A DNA stretch of 64,000 nucleotides, from positions 27,041-91,040 of the forward strand of contig JBEQLE010000005.1 in the NCBI GenBank assembly GCA_040326155.1, given 5' to 3'. This DNA is from Leptospirales bacterium (GTDB lineage: Bacteria > Spirochaetota > Leptospiria > Turneriellales > JAOUFE01). The first letter of the stretch is position 1. Every line of letters starts with the position of its first letter. A program made the position numbers and the translations under genes. Below are positions 15,175 through 24,335 of the stretch, one piece after another. The notes beneath the pieces were generated by a model. That model was not told the DNA's origin. It made no database searches and saw only the letters and a program-made list of their open reading frames with translations.

Positions 15175-17136
15175 ATGTCTAAAATAGATAGAGAAGGTCC
15201 ATTTGATTGCATTGTTGTCGGCGGTGGCCATGCCGGGGTAGAAGCGTCTTCTATTGTTTCCCGCGCAGGTTATTCCGTTTTACTCTTGAGCTTAAATCTT
15301 GATGAAATTGCGCAAATGAGTTGCAACCCTGCGATTGGTGGTATAGCCAAAGGTCATATCGTCAGAGAAATTGACGCGCTCGGTGGTTTAATGGGTCAAA
15401 TTATCGACCATACGGGAATTCATTACAAAATGTTAAACCTCTCGAAAGGCTCGGCGATGTGGTCGCCGCGAGCCCAGGCCGATAAATACCAGTACAAGCA
15501 ATATGCAAAAAATATTTTAGAAAACAGTCCCAATTTGCAGTTGCGTCAAGACTCTGTTTGTGACCTGATTGTTGATAGTAAACAAAATAAAATTACCGGC
15601 GTTGTCACCGATCGGGGAAATAAGTATTATGCTTCTCACGTAATTTTAACAACCGGAACATTCTTAAAAGGCAAAATTCATATTGGAGACCATACCTTTT
15701 CGGGTGGTCGCATTGGAGCGCAAAGCGCTGAACGTTTGTCTGGTTCTCTTGAAAAATTTGGCTTTGAAGTCAGTCGCCTGAAAACTGGAACACCCCCGCG
15801 TATTCATGCGGCAACCATGAATTTGAATAAACTTGAAGCGCAAGAACCAGATAAAGTTCCCCAGCCCTTTAGCTTTGCTTTTGAGTACGACCATGCCGCT
15901 TTACCACAAAAACAGATTCCCTGTTATATTACCTATACCACTGCAAAAACTAAAGAAATTGTAGAAAAGAATTTGTTACGCTCTGCTCTTTATGGCGGTA
16001 AAATTAAATCTGTCGGTCCTCGCTATTGTCCCTCTATTGAAGATAAAATTGTTCGTTTTGCAGATAAAGAGCGACACCAGATTTTTCTTGAACCCGAAGG
16101 GCTCGATACTAATGAAGTCTATGTTAACGGAATTTCGACGAGTCTACCCGAAGATGTGCAATGGGAAATTGTAAACAGTATAATTGGGCTTGAAGACGCA
16201 CAAATAATGCGTCCGGGTTATGCCATCGAGTATGACTTTTGCCCGCCAACCCAGCTTCACCCCTGGCTGGAAACTAAAAAAGTCGAAGGGCTGTTTTTTG
16301 CTGGTCAAATAAATGGCACTACTGGTTATGAAGAAGCCGGAGCCCAGGGTTTAATGGCCGGGTATAATGTTATTCATAAAATTCGTAAAATGGACCCTCT
16401 GGTTTTGGGGCGAGACGAAGCCTATATTGGGGTTTTAATTGATGATTTAGTTACAAAAGGGGTCGAAGAACCCTATCGTATGTTCACCTCCAGAGCCGAA
16501 TATCGTCTTTTCCTGCGTCAGGATAATGCTGATTTTCGTTTAATGAAATATCCCCATAATGTTGGTCTGGACCGTGGTTTATATGCCCGAATGCAATCTC
16601 GGTATGAATGTTATAACGCTGTTAAAATCGCCATTGAAAAGACTAAAATATCGGAAGAAATACTTGTTCTTCTGGGCAAAGCAAATATTGACATTCAAAA
16701 AGGACTACCTTTGAGTCATGTTTTTAAAAGACCCCAGGTACCCTCTGAAATTTCTATTGCCTTATTCGATTATATAACAAATTTTGACTCTTCTTTTTTA
16801 TCAGAAATGGAAAAAATAAAGTTGTCTATGGATATCAAATATGAAGGATACGTCATTCGAGAAATGGTAAAAACCAAACGGCGGATGGAAGCGGTTGAAA
16901 AGATCATTCCTGAAGATATAGATTATGATGCCATCAACGGATTAAAAACAGAAGCCAGGGAAAAACTGAAGCGGGTTCGTCCTGTGAATTTAGGCCAGGC
17001 GGCTCGCATTAGCGGAGTAGATCCATCCGATATTGACATTGTACTTTTGAATATTTCGAAAGCCGCTAAACAAAATAAAGATGTTTCGAGAAAAAACGTC
17101 TTAAGTCAAAGCGGCAAAGTGAAAAATGAACAGTAA
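15175..17136 (+). CDS. mnmG: tRNA uridine-5-carboxymethylaminomethyl synthesis enzyme MnmG (GidA)
   Basis: GGGHAG, MSCNPAIGG, GPRYCPSIEDK, AGQINGTTGYEEA. Confidence 0.98.
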   Translation: MSKIDREGPFDCIVVGGGHAGVEASSIVSRAGYSVLLLSLNLDEIAQMSCNPAIGGIAKGHIVREIDALGGLMGQIIDHTGIHYKMLNLSKGSAMWSPRAQADKYQYKQYAKNILENSPNLQLRQDSVCDLIVDSKQNKITGVVTDRGNKYYASHVILTTGTFLKGKIHIGDHTFSGGRIGAQSAERLSGSLEKFGFEVSRLKTGTPPRIHAATMNLNKLEAQEPDKVPQPFSFAFEYDHAALPQKQIPCYITYTTAKTKEIVEKNLLRSALYGGKIKSVGPRYCPSIEDKIVRFADKERHQIFLEPEGLDTNEVYVNGISTSLPEDVQWEIVNSIIGLEDAQIMRPGYAIEYDFCPPTQLHPWLETKKVEGLFFAGQINGTTGYEEAGAQGLMAGYNVIHKIRKMDPLVLGRDEAYIGVLIDDLVTKGVEEPYRMFTSRAEYRLFLRQDNADFRLMKYPHNVGLDRGLYARMQSRYECYNAVKIAIEKTKISEEILVLLGKANIDIQKGLPLSHVFKRPQVPSEISIALFDYITNFDSSFLSEMEKIKLSMDIKYEGYVIREMVKTKRRMEAVEKIIPEDIDYDAINGLKTEAREKLKRVRPVNLGQAARISGVDPSDIDIVLLNISKAAKQNKDVSRKNVLSQSGKVKNEQ

Positions 17137-17539
17137 AATTAAAGACGGCGATTTAGTTAATCTATTATTTTTGTTTGCAGTTGCCGCAGTATTCACCTTA
17201 TTTGTATTTATACACTTATGGAGAAATATTCAATTTGCAAATTTGAGTTATGACATTGAAATATTAACGAAAGAGAAAAAGAAATTGTTTATGGAAGTCG
17301 AAGGGCTTCGTTTATCGATGGCAAATTATTCCAATATTATTCGAGTTGAAAAAATATTTCGCGAGGAGCTTGGTTATCTGCCGCTTGAAATCGGCAAACG
17401 TATTGTAACTTTAGAGTTGCCCAGTTTAAATCTTTCTCGCGAAGTTAAAGAAGAGAGTCAGATTAATTTATTAGAGCCAGTTATTAAACCTGACATTACT
17501 CCAGAAAATCTATCTGAAGAGGATAATACAAACCAATGA
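17126..17539 (+). CDS. Bitopic coiled-coil membrane protein, FtsL-like
   Basis: Single TM segment followed by heptad coiled coil and RVEKIFREELG (FtsL-like). Confidence 0.55.
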   Translation: MNSKIKDGDLVNLLFLFAVAAVFTLFVFIHLWRNIQFANLSYDIEILTKEKKKLFMEVEGLRLSMANYSNIIRVEKIFREELGYLPLEIGKRIVTLELPSLNLSREVKEESQINLLEPVIKPDITPENLSEEDNTNQ

Positions 17540-19506
17540 AATTTGATCTTCAATCCAAATGGGAACCCGCCGGAGATCAACCCGCAGCGATTAAAACGGT
17601 TTCAAAAATGCTAAAAGAACCCAATGGAAAAAGTGTCCTAATGGGTGTTACCGGTTCGGGTAAAACAATGACAATGGCCCATGCTATAAGAAACCTGGGA
17701 AAACCGACTTTAATATTAACCCATAATAAAACTCTCGCAGCTCAACTCTACCGTGAATTTTGCGATTTTTTCCCCAATAATTCCGTTGAGTATTTCATTA
17801 GTTATTATGACTATTACCAACCCGAAGCATATATTCCGGTCTCCGATACTTATATTGAAAAAGATTCATCCATAAATGAAGAAATTGAAATGCTGCGACT
17901 GCGCGCTACGACTTCGTTGCTTGAAAAAGATGATGTAATCGTAGTTGCCTCTGTTAGTTGTATTTATGGTTTAGGCTCCCCGGAAGACTACGAGGGGGCG
18001 GTTCTGCTTTTACATAAAGGGCAAAATATTTCAAGAGAAGATGTCATTCTCAGTCTTGTCGGAATGCTCTATGAACGAAACGATGTTGAACTACAGCGCG
18101 GTAAATTTCGGGTAAGGGGAGATACAATTGAAGTTATCCCTCCTTATGCTATGGAGATTTTGCGTCTGGAATTTTATGGCGATGAGCTCGAAGCCATTCA
18201 TAAAATAGATCGTGTTACCGGCAAATCGAATGAGTCGCTGAACAAAACGGCAATCTACCCCGCAAAACATTTTATAACGCCGCAACCTCGGTTAAAAGAG
18301 GCGATTTCATGTATTCGCGAAGAACTTGCCGAACAAGTAGAACATTTTAAACAGATTAACAAACCGCTGGAAGCCGAACGAATTACACAACGTACAATGT
18401 ACGACATGGAAATGCTGAAAGAGATGGGTTATTGCAATGGAATAGAAAATTATTCGCGTCAATTAATCGGTAGACAACCCGGCACGCGTCCCGCTTGTTT
18501 AATCGATTATTTCCCCAAAGATTTTTTAGTTATTGTAGATGAGAGTCATGTTTCTTTGCCACAGGTACGCGGTATGTTCGCAGGTGATCGTTCCCGTAAA
18601 GAGACTCTGGTTGAGTTTGGTTTTCGCCTGCCTTCGGCGCTTGATAATCGACCATTGAATTTCTCTGAATTTGAAGGACTTGCCAAAAATATACTTTATG
18701 TATCGGCGACCCCCTCTGAATATGAACTTAACATCGGGGGAACTCCCGTAGAACAAGTAATTCGGCCAACGGGACTTCTAGACCCGATTGTGGAAGTTCG
18801 AAAAACAGAAGGTCAAGTTGATGACCTGGTCAAAGAAATAAATATTAGAGCAGAAAAATCAGAAAGAATTCTTGTCACAACTTTGACAAAAAAAATGTCT
18901 GAAGATTTAACAGACTATATGAGCGACCTGGGAATAAAAGTTCGATACATGCACTCCGAAATTGAAGCCATTGAAAGAACAGAAATTCTCCGCGATCTGC
19001 GCAGAGGTGAATTTGACGTTTTAATTGGAATCAACTTATTAAGAGAAGGGCTTGATTTACCGGAAGTCTCCCTCGTTGTTATTTTAGACGCAGACAAGGA
19101 AGGATTTTTACGCTCCAGGGTTTCTATGATTCAAACAATGGGCCGCGCCGCTCGTAATGCCAACGGCAGGGTTATTCTATATGCTGATAAAATGACCAAC
19201 TCTATGCGACTGGCCATGGAAGAGACCTCTCGACGGCGAACCATACAAGACGAGCATAATAAAAAACACAATATTACTCCCACCACGATACAAAAAGATG
19301 TTGTGGATATTCTCCAACGAACGATCGACCCTGAATCTGAACACGATTCGGTTTTAGACGCAATTCTCGACGAATACGACCCGAAAAAATTTAAGAATAA
19401 AAATAAATGGAAAGAGGTTATTCAAAAAGATATGCTTAAAGCTGCCGAAGAACTTGACTTTGAAAAAGCGGCGCTACTTCGCGACCTGATTTACTCGGAC
19501 GATTGA
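17536..19506 (+). CDS. uvrB: Excinuclease ABC subunit B
   Basis: PAGDQP, GVTGSGKT, HNKTLAAQL, YYDYYQPEAY, DESH, C-terminal UVR motif LDFEKAALLRD. Confidence 0.99.
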   Translation: MKFDLQSKWEPAGDQPAAIKTVSKMLKEPNGKSVLMGVTGSGKTMTMAHAIRNLGKPTLILTHNKTLAAQLYREFCDFFPNNSVEYFISYYDYYQPEAYIPVSDTYIEKDSSINEEIEMLRLRATTSLLEKDDVIVVASVSCIYGLGSPEDYEGAVLLLHKGQNISREDVILSLVGMLYERNDVELQRGKFRVRGDTIEVIPPYAMEILRLEFYGDELEAIHKIDRVTGKSNESLNKTAIYPAKHFITPQPRLKEAISCIREELAEQVEHFKQINKPLEAERITQRTMYDMEMLKEMGYCNGIENYSRQLIGRQPGTRPACLIDYFPKDFLVIVDESHVSLPQVRGMFAGDRSRKETLVEFGFRLPSALDNRPLNFSEFEGLAKNILYVSATPSEYELNIGGTPVEQVIRPTGLLDPIVEVRKTEGQVDDLVKEINIRAEKSERILVTTLTKKMSEDLTDYMSDLGIKVRYMHSEIEAIERTEILRDLRRGEFDVLIGINLLREGLDLPEVSLVVILDADKEGFLRSRVSMIQTMGRAARNANGRVILYADKMTNSMRLAMEETSRRRTIQDEHNKKHNITPTTIQKDVVDILQRTIDPESEHDSVLDAILDEYDPKKFKNKNKWKEVIQKDMLKAAEELDFEKAALLRDLIYSDD

Positions 19507-19508
19507 TT

Positions 19509-19700
19509 TTTAAATTGAATGCTAGTGCTGTGACTGGATAGATGTTACATTAGCTTGTTTCAATATAATCTATCTAGTCACTGCTTAAGTCATAGACTCT
19601 GAGTGCAAAAGGCACTTCGAGTGGCGTTTCCACTTGAATTTGTGAAGCGGTAGCGGAAAAAATTAAAAAGACACGGCACTAGACTGCATTCGAGTTTAAA
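19509..19700. repeat. Palindromic intergenic element (nested inverted repeats)
   Basis: Outer gaatgc-tagtgctgtg / cacggcacta-gact-gcattc, inner gtgactggatagat (19530-43) / atctatctagtcac (19568-81), small cacttcgagtg hairpin. Confidence 0.6.
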
Positions 19701-20325
19701 TATTAGAGAGCAAACGTTTAAGCTGCTCATACCCTTTTTTTTCTTTTTGGGTTAAGCGAGACGTTTTAACTTTGGCAAGCCACACCCTTGAAAGGCGATA
19801 CAGATTAGATTCATAGGCTCGAAGGGGCCAGAACAAAAGAGAGCGCTTTGTCTTATTCGTCTTTTTGAAATTTTCATACTCCTTGTTCCATTTATCAAAG
19901 GTTTTTATTGTTTCCCAATCTGGTAAATTATGGGACGATTTTATATTCGAAATTTTTGTATGCCAAAGGTATACTCCATCTTTAGAAAAAAAGTATAAGC
20001 CTATACTGTCTTTATTTAATTCGAGAGGAACTTTATCGTATACCGATAAAAAATTTTGCCAGGAGGAATCAATTTCTCGCACTTTGTCTGACCAGACGCT
20101 CTGGAATTTTTCAGGACGGTAGTATCTAAAGTTTTGTCTGTAATTGTCTAAATCTTTTGTATCGAAATAGACTATAACTACTGGTGATTTTGTATTGTGG
20201 GGTTGAATAATCTGTTCGGATATGGACGAAAAAATCGGGCTAACTATAGCGAGCAGGGCGAGCAGCCAGACAACCTGTTTAGAGGTTTTATTATATGTGA
20301 ATTCAGATGTATTCAATTGTATCAT
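19696..20325 (-). CDS. Hypothetical exported/membrane-anchored protein
   Basis: ORF with N-terminal hydrophobic segment VVWLLALLAIVSPIFS, downstream of kdsD. Start uncertain. Confidence 0.6.
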   Translation of the reverse strand: MIQLNTSEFTYNKTSKQVVWLLALLAIVSPIFSSISEQIIQPHNTKSPVVIVYFDTKDLDNYRQNFRYYRPEKFQSVWSDKVREIDSSWQNFLSVYDKVPLELNKDSIGLYFFSKDGVYLWHTKISNIKSSHNLPDWETIKTFDKWNKEYENFKKTNKTKRSLLFWPLRAYESNLYRLSRVWLAKVKTSRLTQKEKKGYEQLKRLLSNI

Positions 20326-21280
20326 GCATGCGGATAATACCGACCGGCTTTTTATGGTCGTTGACGACTGGCAACGTATACGTTTTTTTCTCGTGCATAA
20401 TCGAGACGGCAGTTTCAATCAATGTCTCAGGCGAGGTCCAGATGGGATGCTCGTGCATAAGTTCTTGAGCTGTTTTACTAAACAAAGACTGGAGCGTTTT
20501 TTCATTGGTGTCCAGGTATCGTTTAATATCGCCATCGGTAATAATACCACGCATATGACCTTTCGAACCGACCACCAGAACGGCCCCCATGTTACTCGAA
20601 ACCAGAGTTGCCAGTATCTCTTTAAACGGGGCATCTTTATTTACAGTAAAAGTGGTTATATCGTCTTTCATAACATCCTTTACTTTGGTAAGAAGCTTTT
20701 TGCCCAGCGCCCCCGATGGATGAAATTTTCCAAAATCTTTAGGTTGAAATTTATTGAGTTCTATTAAACCGGCCGCTAGAGAGTCGCCAATTGCCAACGA
20801 GACCGTCGTTGAAGCCATAGGAGCCAGATTCAGCGGGCAACCTTCTTTCGTGATGGAATATATAACAGCTACATCGCCCTCTTTTGCCAGAGTACTTTTA
20901 TTTTTTTGTGTTATGGCTATAAGTTTTGCCCCTAAAAATCGTATATGCGGTAAAAGTTCTATAATTTCGCGGGTTTCTCCCGAATTACTAAACGCGATGA
21001 CAACCTCTTTGGTTTGAACATTACCCATATCCCCGTGCAAAGCGTCAGCGGGATGTAAAAACACAGAGGGTGAACCGGTAGATGTTAAAGTGGCGGCAGT
21101 TTTTCGAGCCACCAGACCCGATTTTCCCATTCCGGTAACAATAATTCTATTGCCTGTAGTTTTTAATAAATGTACGGCTTCTTCAATTTGCTGTAAAAAT
21201 TCGGGACTATCGAGGTTCTGCGTAAGCGATTGTACGGCGTTCGAAAGAGTCTCTTTAGCAACGGATTGCAATCGACTCAT
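20303..21280 (-). CDS. kdsD: Arabinose-5-phosphate isomerase (KpsF/GutQ family, SIS + CBS)
   Basis: TGMGKSG, HPADALHGDMG, SNSGET, CPLNLAPMAST, FHPSGALG, CBS pair. Confidence 0.93.
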   Translation of the reverse strand: MSRLQSVAKETLSNAVQSLTQNLDSPEFLQQIEEAVHLLKTTGNRIIVTGMGKSGLVARKTAATLTSTGSPSVFLHPADALHGDMGNVQTKEVVIAFSNSGETREIIELLPHIRFLGAKLIAITQKNKSTLAKEGDVAVIYSITKEGCPLNLAPMASTTVSLAIGDSLAAGLIELNKFQPKDFGKFHPSGALGKKLLTKVKDVMKDDITTFTVNKDAPFKEILATLVSSNMGAVLVVGSKGHMRGIITDGDIKRYLDTNEKTLQSLFSKTAQELMHEHPIWTSPETLIETAVSIMHEKKTYTLPVVNDHKKPVGIIRMHDTIEYI

Positions 21281-21281
21281 A

Positions 21282-21557
21282 TTAAAAAATACTTCCCTGG
21301 GTGGCTTCACCTTCTTCTAAAGTTTCTTTATCCACTTTTTCGGCTTCCGTATTTCCATCGGGCTTCTTTTTTAAAACCGTCCACTTACCCTCGGCTTCTG
21401 TAAGTTTTTCTTCGCAAAATTGTCTTAGACTGACCGCCTTTTCGTAGAGCTCCATAGACTTCTCAAGGGAGTCTTCACCCGCTTCGAGGGCCTTTGTAAT
21501 TTCTTCAAGCTCATTCATAGCCTCTTCGAAGGTCAGATTTTTTACCGATTTTGACAT
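21282..21557 (-). CDS. xseB: Exodeoxyribonuclease VII small subunit
   Basis: FEEAMNELEEITKALEAGEDSLEKSMELYEKAVSL...CEEKL. Confidence 0.93.
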   Translation of the reverse strand: MSKSVKNLTFEEAMNELEEITKALEAGEDSLEKSMELYEKAVSLRQFCEEKLTEAEGKWTVLKKKPDGNTEAEKVDKETLEEGEATQGSIF

Positions 21558-21772
21558 AATTCAGTTTAGAATCAGTGTTTCAGCTGTAAATGATTTATCG
21601 GTGGCACCTGCGCAGTTATTTTGACTATCATGCGGGGAAAAGATGGTAAATTCCCCATCTGTATTATCCATTTTCCCCCGTTACGAACCACTTCGCGGTT
21701 CTTAACTTCCCCTTTTATCTGCAGTGAGTTCGAGTTGTTGAAAATTTCCGGCAATGAAGTTTTGTGAACGAA

Positions 21773-22189
21773 TCAACGTTTCGGCTTGGCGATATTCAGG
21801 TAACCTTCCGAAGCGTATTTTATTATCTGCTTATCAAAGGTTAATAAAGTAGCATGTAAAACACGAGCAGTAGCAACAATCATTCGGTCCGCAGGGTCAC
21901 CATGAAAATTACCCGGCAAAACAGTACTCTCATAAGCAATTTCGGGGGAGAGCGGATAAACACTCATTCCAGGAGCCGATGAGGCTTGTTCAATCCAGTC
22001 CAGTGTATTTTCAGATAATTTTATACGCTCTTTCGATACAAGCATTGCCAATTCCCAGATACTAATTGCTGGAATAAAAATAGTATGGTCTTTTATGCTT
22101 TTTTGAATTATTTGCAGAAAACCAGATTTCTTAATTTTTTCATCGCCATTGATCGTCCATATCCAGGTATGAGTATCTAAAACAATCAT
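21773..22189 (-). CDS. vapC: PIN-domain VapC toxin
   Basis: IVLDTHTWIW, ISIWEL, FHGDPADRMIVATA, LLTFD. Confidence 0.93.
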   Translation of the reverse strand: MIVLDTHTWIWTINGDEKIKKSGFLQIIQKSIKDHTIFIPAISIWELAMLVSKERIKLSENTLDWIEQASSAPGMSVYPLSPEIAYESTVLPGNFHGDPADRMIVATARVLHATLLTFDKQIIKYASEGYLNIAKPKR

Positions 22190-22195
22190 TGTTAT

Positions 22196-22423
22196 TTATT
22201 GATCGGCGTCCCAATTTTCTTCGAGAGGTTTTGTAATATCTCCGTATATGGCAACTGTATCTTTCATATAACCAAAGATCGATTTACTGGGTTTATTACT
22301 ATAGGGGACAAGTTTAGCTACCGGCTTACCATGTTTAGTAATAACCACTTCCTGGTGATATGCGTTTACATCATCCATAATTTTCAAGCATTTGCTTTTA
22401 AACTCTGCAGCGGGCATATTCAT
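22196..22423 (-). CDS. Phd/YefM family antitoxin
   Basis: AAEFKSKCLKIMDDV...VVITKHGKPVAKLVP, directly upstream of vapC. Confidence 0.93.
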   Translation of the reverse strand: MNMPAAEFKSKCLKIMDDVNAYHQEVVITKHGKPVAKLVPYSNKPSKSIFGYMKDTVAIYGDITKPLEENWDADQ

Positions 22424-22438
22424 TGTTGTCTCCTCTCT

Positions 22439-22487
22439 ATAGTCATATCTACATAGTCATAATACTATATTCAATTTTTTTCGTCAA
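22439..22487 (-). promoter_or_regulatory. Sigma70-type promoter and probable operator repeats for phd-vapC
   Basis: Minus strand TTGACG (22482-87)-17 bp-TATTAT (22459-64). Direct repeat ATGACTAT twice (22439-46, 22453-60) overlapping the -10/start region. Confidence 0.7.
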
Positions 22488-22495
22488 GTATTTTT

Positions 22496-22759
22496 TCACC
22501 ATTCCATTAAAGCATCTTCTTTGTTTAGGCGTGCGCTGTCTCTCGCTAATGCTAAAACTTCATCATCATCGGTTAGTATTCCACTAGATTCAGCAAAAGG
22601 CAATGTCATATTTCGTAGTTGCCTGAATTTATAAATTGAAATATATCTACGCAGTGAATTACGAACCAGGTCGCTCACCGGTTTGTGCTCTGCCTTACTC
22701 AACTCTTCTAATTTATTGCGCATTTCATCTGGTATGCGAACTGTAATTGTTTGACTCAC
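22496..22759 (-). CDS. CopG/ribbon-helix-helix antitoxin with aberrant C-terminus (probable fusion to a deleted PIN toxin)
   Basis: TITVRIPDEMRNKLEELS...VSDLVRNSLRRY...LPFAESSGILTD then DDEVLALA. GTG start with GAGG RBS. Confidence 0.75.
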   Translation of the reverse strand: MSQTITVRIPDEMRNKLEELSKAEHKPVSDLVRNSLRRYISIYKFRQLRNMTLPFAESSGILTDDDEVLALARDSARLNKEDALMEW

Positions 22760-22970
22760 TTTGTAACCTCGATTGTAAGACAATGTAGCACATCAGTACA
22801 GTTTTGTCAGATATTTTTACAATGGATCGCCGAAAATTATGGCATTAGAATAGATGCAAATGCTCTTTAAATATTACTTGTAATATTGAAAAGATGTAGG
22901 TGAACACACAAGACCAGAGGACTTCTCTTTACGCCTTATATTTATTAAAAAATATGACGACATAAATATT

Positions 22971-23831
22971 ATGCGAGCAGTTGATTTTTTTAAAACACCG
23001 GAAGGTAAAAAGTATTTAGCTGAGTTTCAAGACGAAATTTTTGTTATTAAATATGGGGGAGCCGCGCTCGAAACCGGTTCCATGAAACGTTTTTTTCTGG
23101 AAGATGTGGCGCAAATGCAAAAGCACGGGCTTCGCATTATTCTTGTTCATGGCGGGGGAAAAATGCTCTCGGCAAAAATGAAAGAAGAAAACATTGAGGT
23201 AGAGTTTGTCAATGGTATTCGAAAAACCACGGAGCGAATCGCCGAACTTGCCTTAGAGGTTTTTACATTGATTAATATAGAAATTTGTGAAATACTCAAA
23301 GAGTTTGGTATTAACCCATTAAGCTTATCAGAAGGAAAAACAGTAGGCGCGAAACTAATCGATTCTGAGAATCCTGATAATCGTGTAGGGGACGCTGTAA
23401 AAATTGATACCGGACGGGTGGACATTTCGTCATTGCCTGTACTTTCTTCCATAGGCCGAAGCGTGGGTCCGCCGGTAGATACACTAGAAGAAGGTAGTCT
23501 GCTCAATATAAACGCCGACATGCTTGCTCTTTCTACTGCGTTAGCCATCAAAGCTAGAAAATTGATTTTTATTTCGGATGTAAATGGCATTTATCTGGAC
23601 CATGAAGACAAGGATACGAAATTAAGCCGTATAACAGAAAGTGAAATTAACAACCTTGTCGAAAAAGGGGTTCTACATGGTGGCATGCGGTTGAAGGTGG
23701 AAATGGCTCTGAGGGCTCTGAAAAACGGGGTACGTAAAGTACATTTTTTAGATGGCCGAATTGAACACTCCATAATGAAAGAAATATTTACAGACGAAGG
23801 GATTGGAACCGAGATTGTGCATGACGAGTGA
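22971..23831 (+). CDS. argB: Acetylglutamate kinase
   Basis: VIKYGGAA, LVHGGG, NINAD, GGMRLKV, EIFTDEGIGT. Confidence 0.95.
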   Translation: MRAVDFFKTPEGKKYLAEFQDEIFVIKYGGAALETGSMKRFFLEDVAQMQKHGLRIILVHGGGKMLSAKMKEENIEVEFVNGIRKTTERIAELALEVFTLINIEICEILKEFGINPLSLSEGKTVGAKLIDSENPDNRVGDAVKIDTGRVDISSLPVLSSIGRSVGPPVDTLEEGSLLNINADMLALSTALAIKARKLIFISDVNGIYLDHEDKDTKLSRITESEINNLVEKGVLHGGMRLKVEMALRALKNGVRKVHFLDGRIEHSIMKEIFTDEGIGTEIVHDE

Positions 23832-24291
23832 GCTTACAACGATTGAAAAATCTTTTGAAAAAGCGTATGAATACGCGCTTATATCGCTCCAGATGGATGA
23901 AGTTCCCGCAGGGGCCGTTATTATTCGAAAGGGAGAGATTATTTCCGGCTCGGGAAATAAGATTAAAACTAACAAGAATCCGACAGCTCATGCTGAGCTC
24001 ATTGCAATACAACAAGCTACGCAAACACTGCAAAACGAACGGCTAACAGGCTGCGAACTTGTGTGTACACTTGAACCTTGCGCTATGTGCAGCGGCGCCA
24101 TTATTTTAGCCAGAATTGAAAAGGTGCATTTTCTCGCTTACGATGAAAAACTGCCAGCCTTGCGTCAGATTGTGGAATTACCCGGTCATAATCATAAAGT
24201 GAAGTGGCAAAGGCATGAAATTCCCCACCTGCCGTATATAGAAACACTTCAAAAGTTTTTTCGCGAAAAACGAAAATCAAAATCTTCATAA
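23821..24291 (+). CDS. tadA: tRNA adenosine deaminase
   Basis: EVPAGA, PTAHAE, TLEPCAMC zinc motifs. Confidence 0.88.
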   Translation: MTSELTTIEKSFEKAYEYALISLQMDEVPAGAVIIRKGEIISGSGNKIKTNKNPTAHAELIAIQQATQTLQNERLTGCELVCTLEPCAMCSGAIILARIEKVHFLAYDEKLPALRQIVELPGHNHKVKWQRHEIPHLPYIETLQKFFREKRKSKSS

Positions 24292-24335
24292 TATGGTTGG
24301 GCAAATGAACCGATACCTTTAAACAGGGTCGAGTT

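Noticed and set aside
19509..19700. Calling the uvrB-downstream element 6S RNA
   Set aside because: The size fits, but the visible pairing is a branched multi-stem rather than a rod with a central bubble. It cannot be supported without a covariance model.
21572..21754. 60-aa minus ORF between vapC and xseB
   Set aside because: TTG start without a clear RBS and no recognisable motif. The region is better explained by hairpins.
22870..22887. Palindrome aatattac-tt-gtaatatt upstream of argB as an ARG box
   Set aside because: It does not match the TGAAT-N4-ATTCA consensus, and being AT-rich it could be chance.
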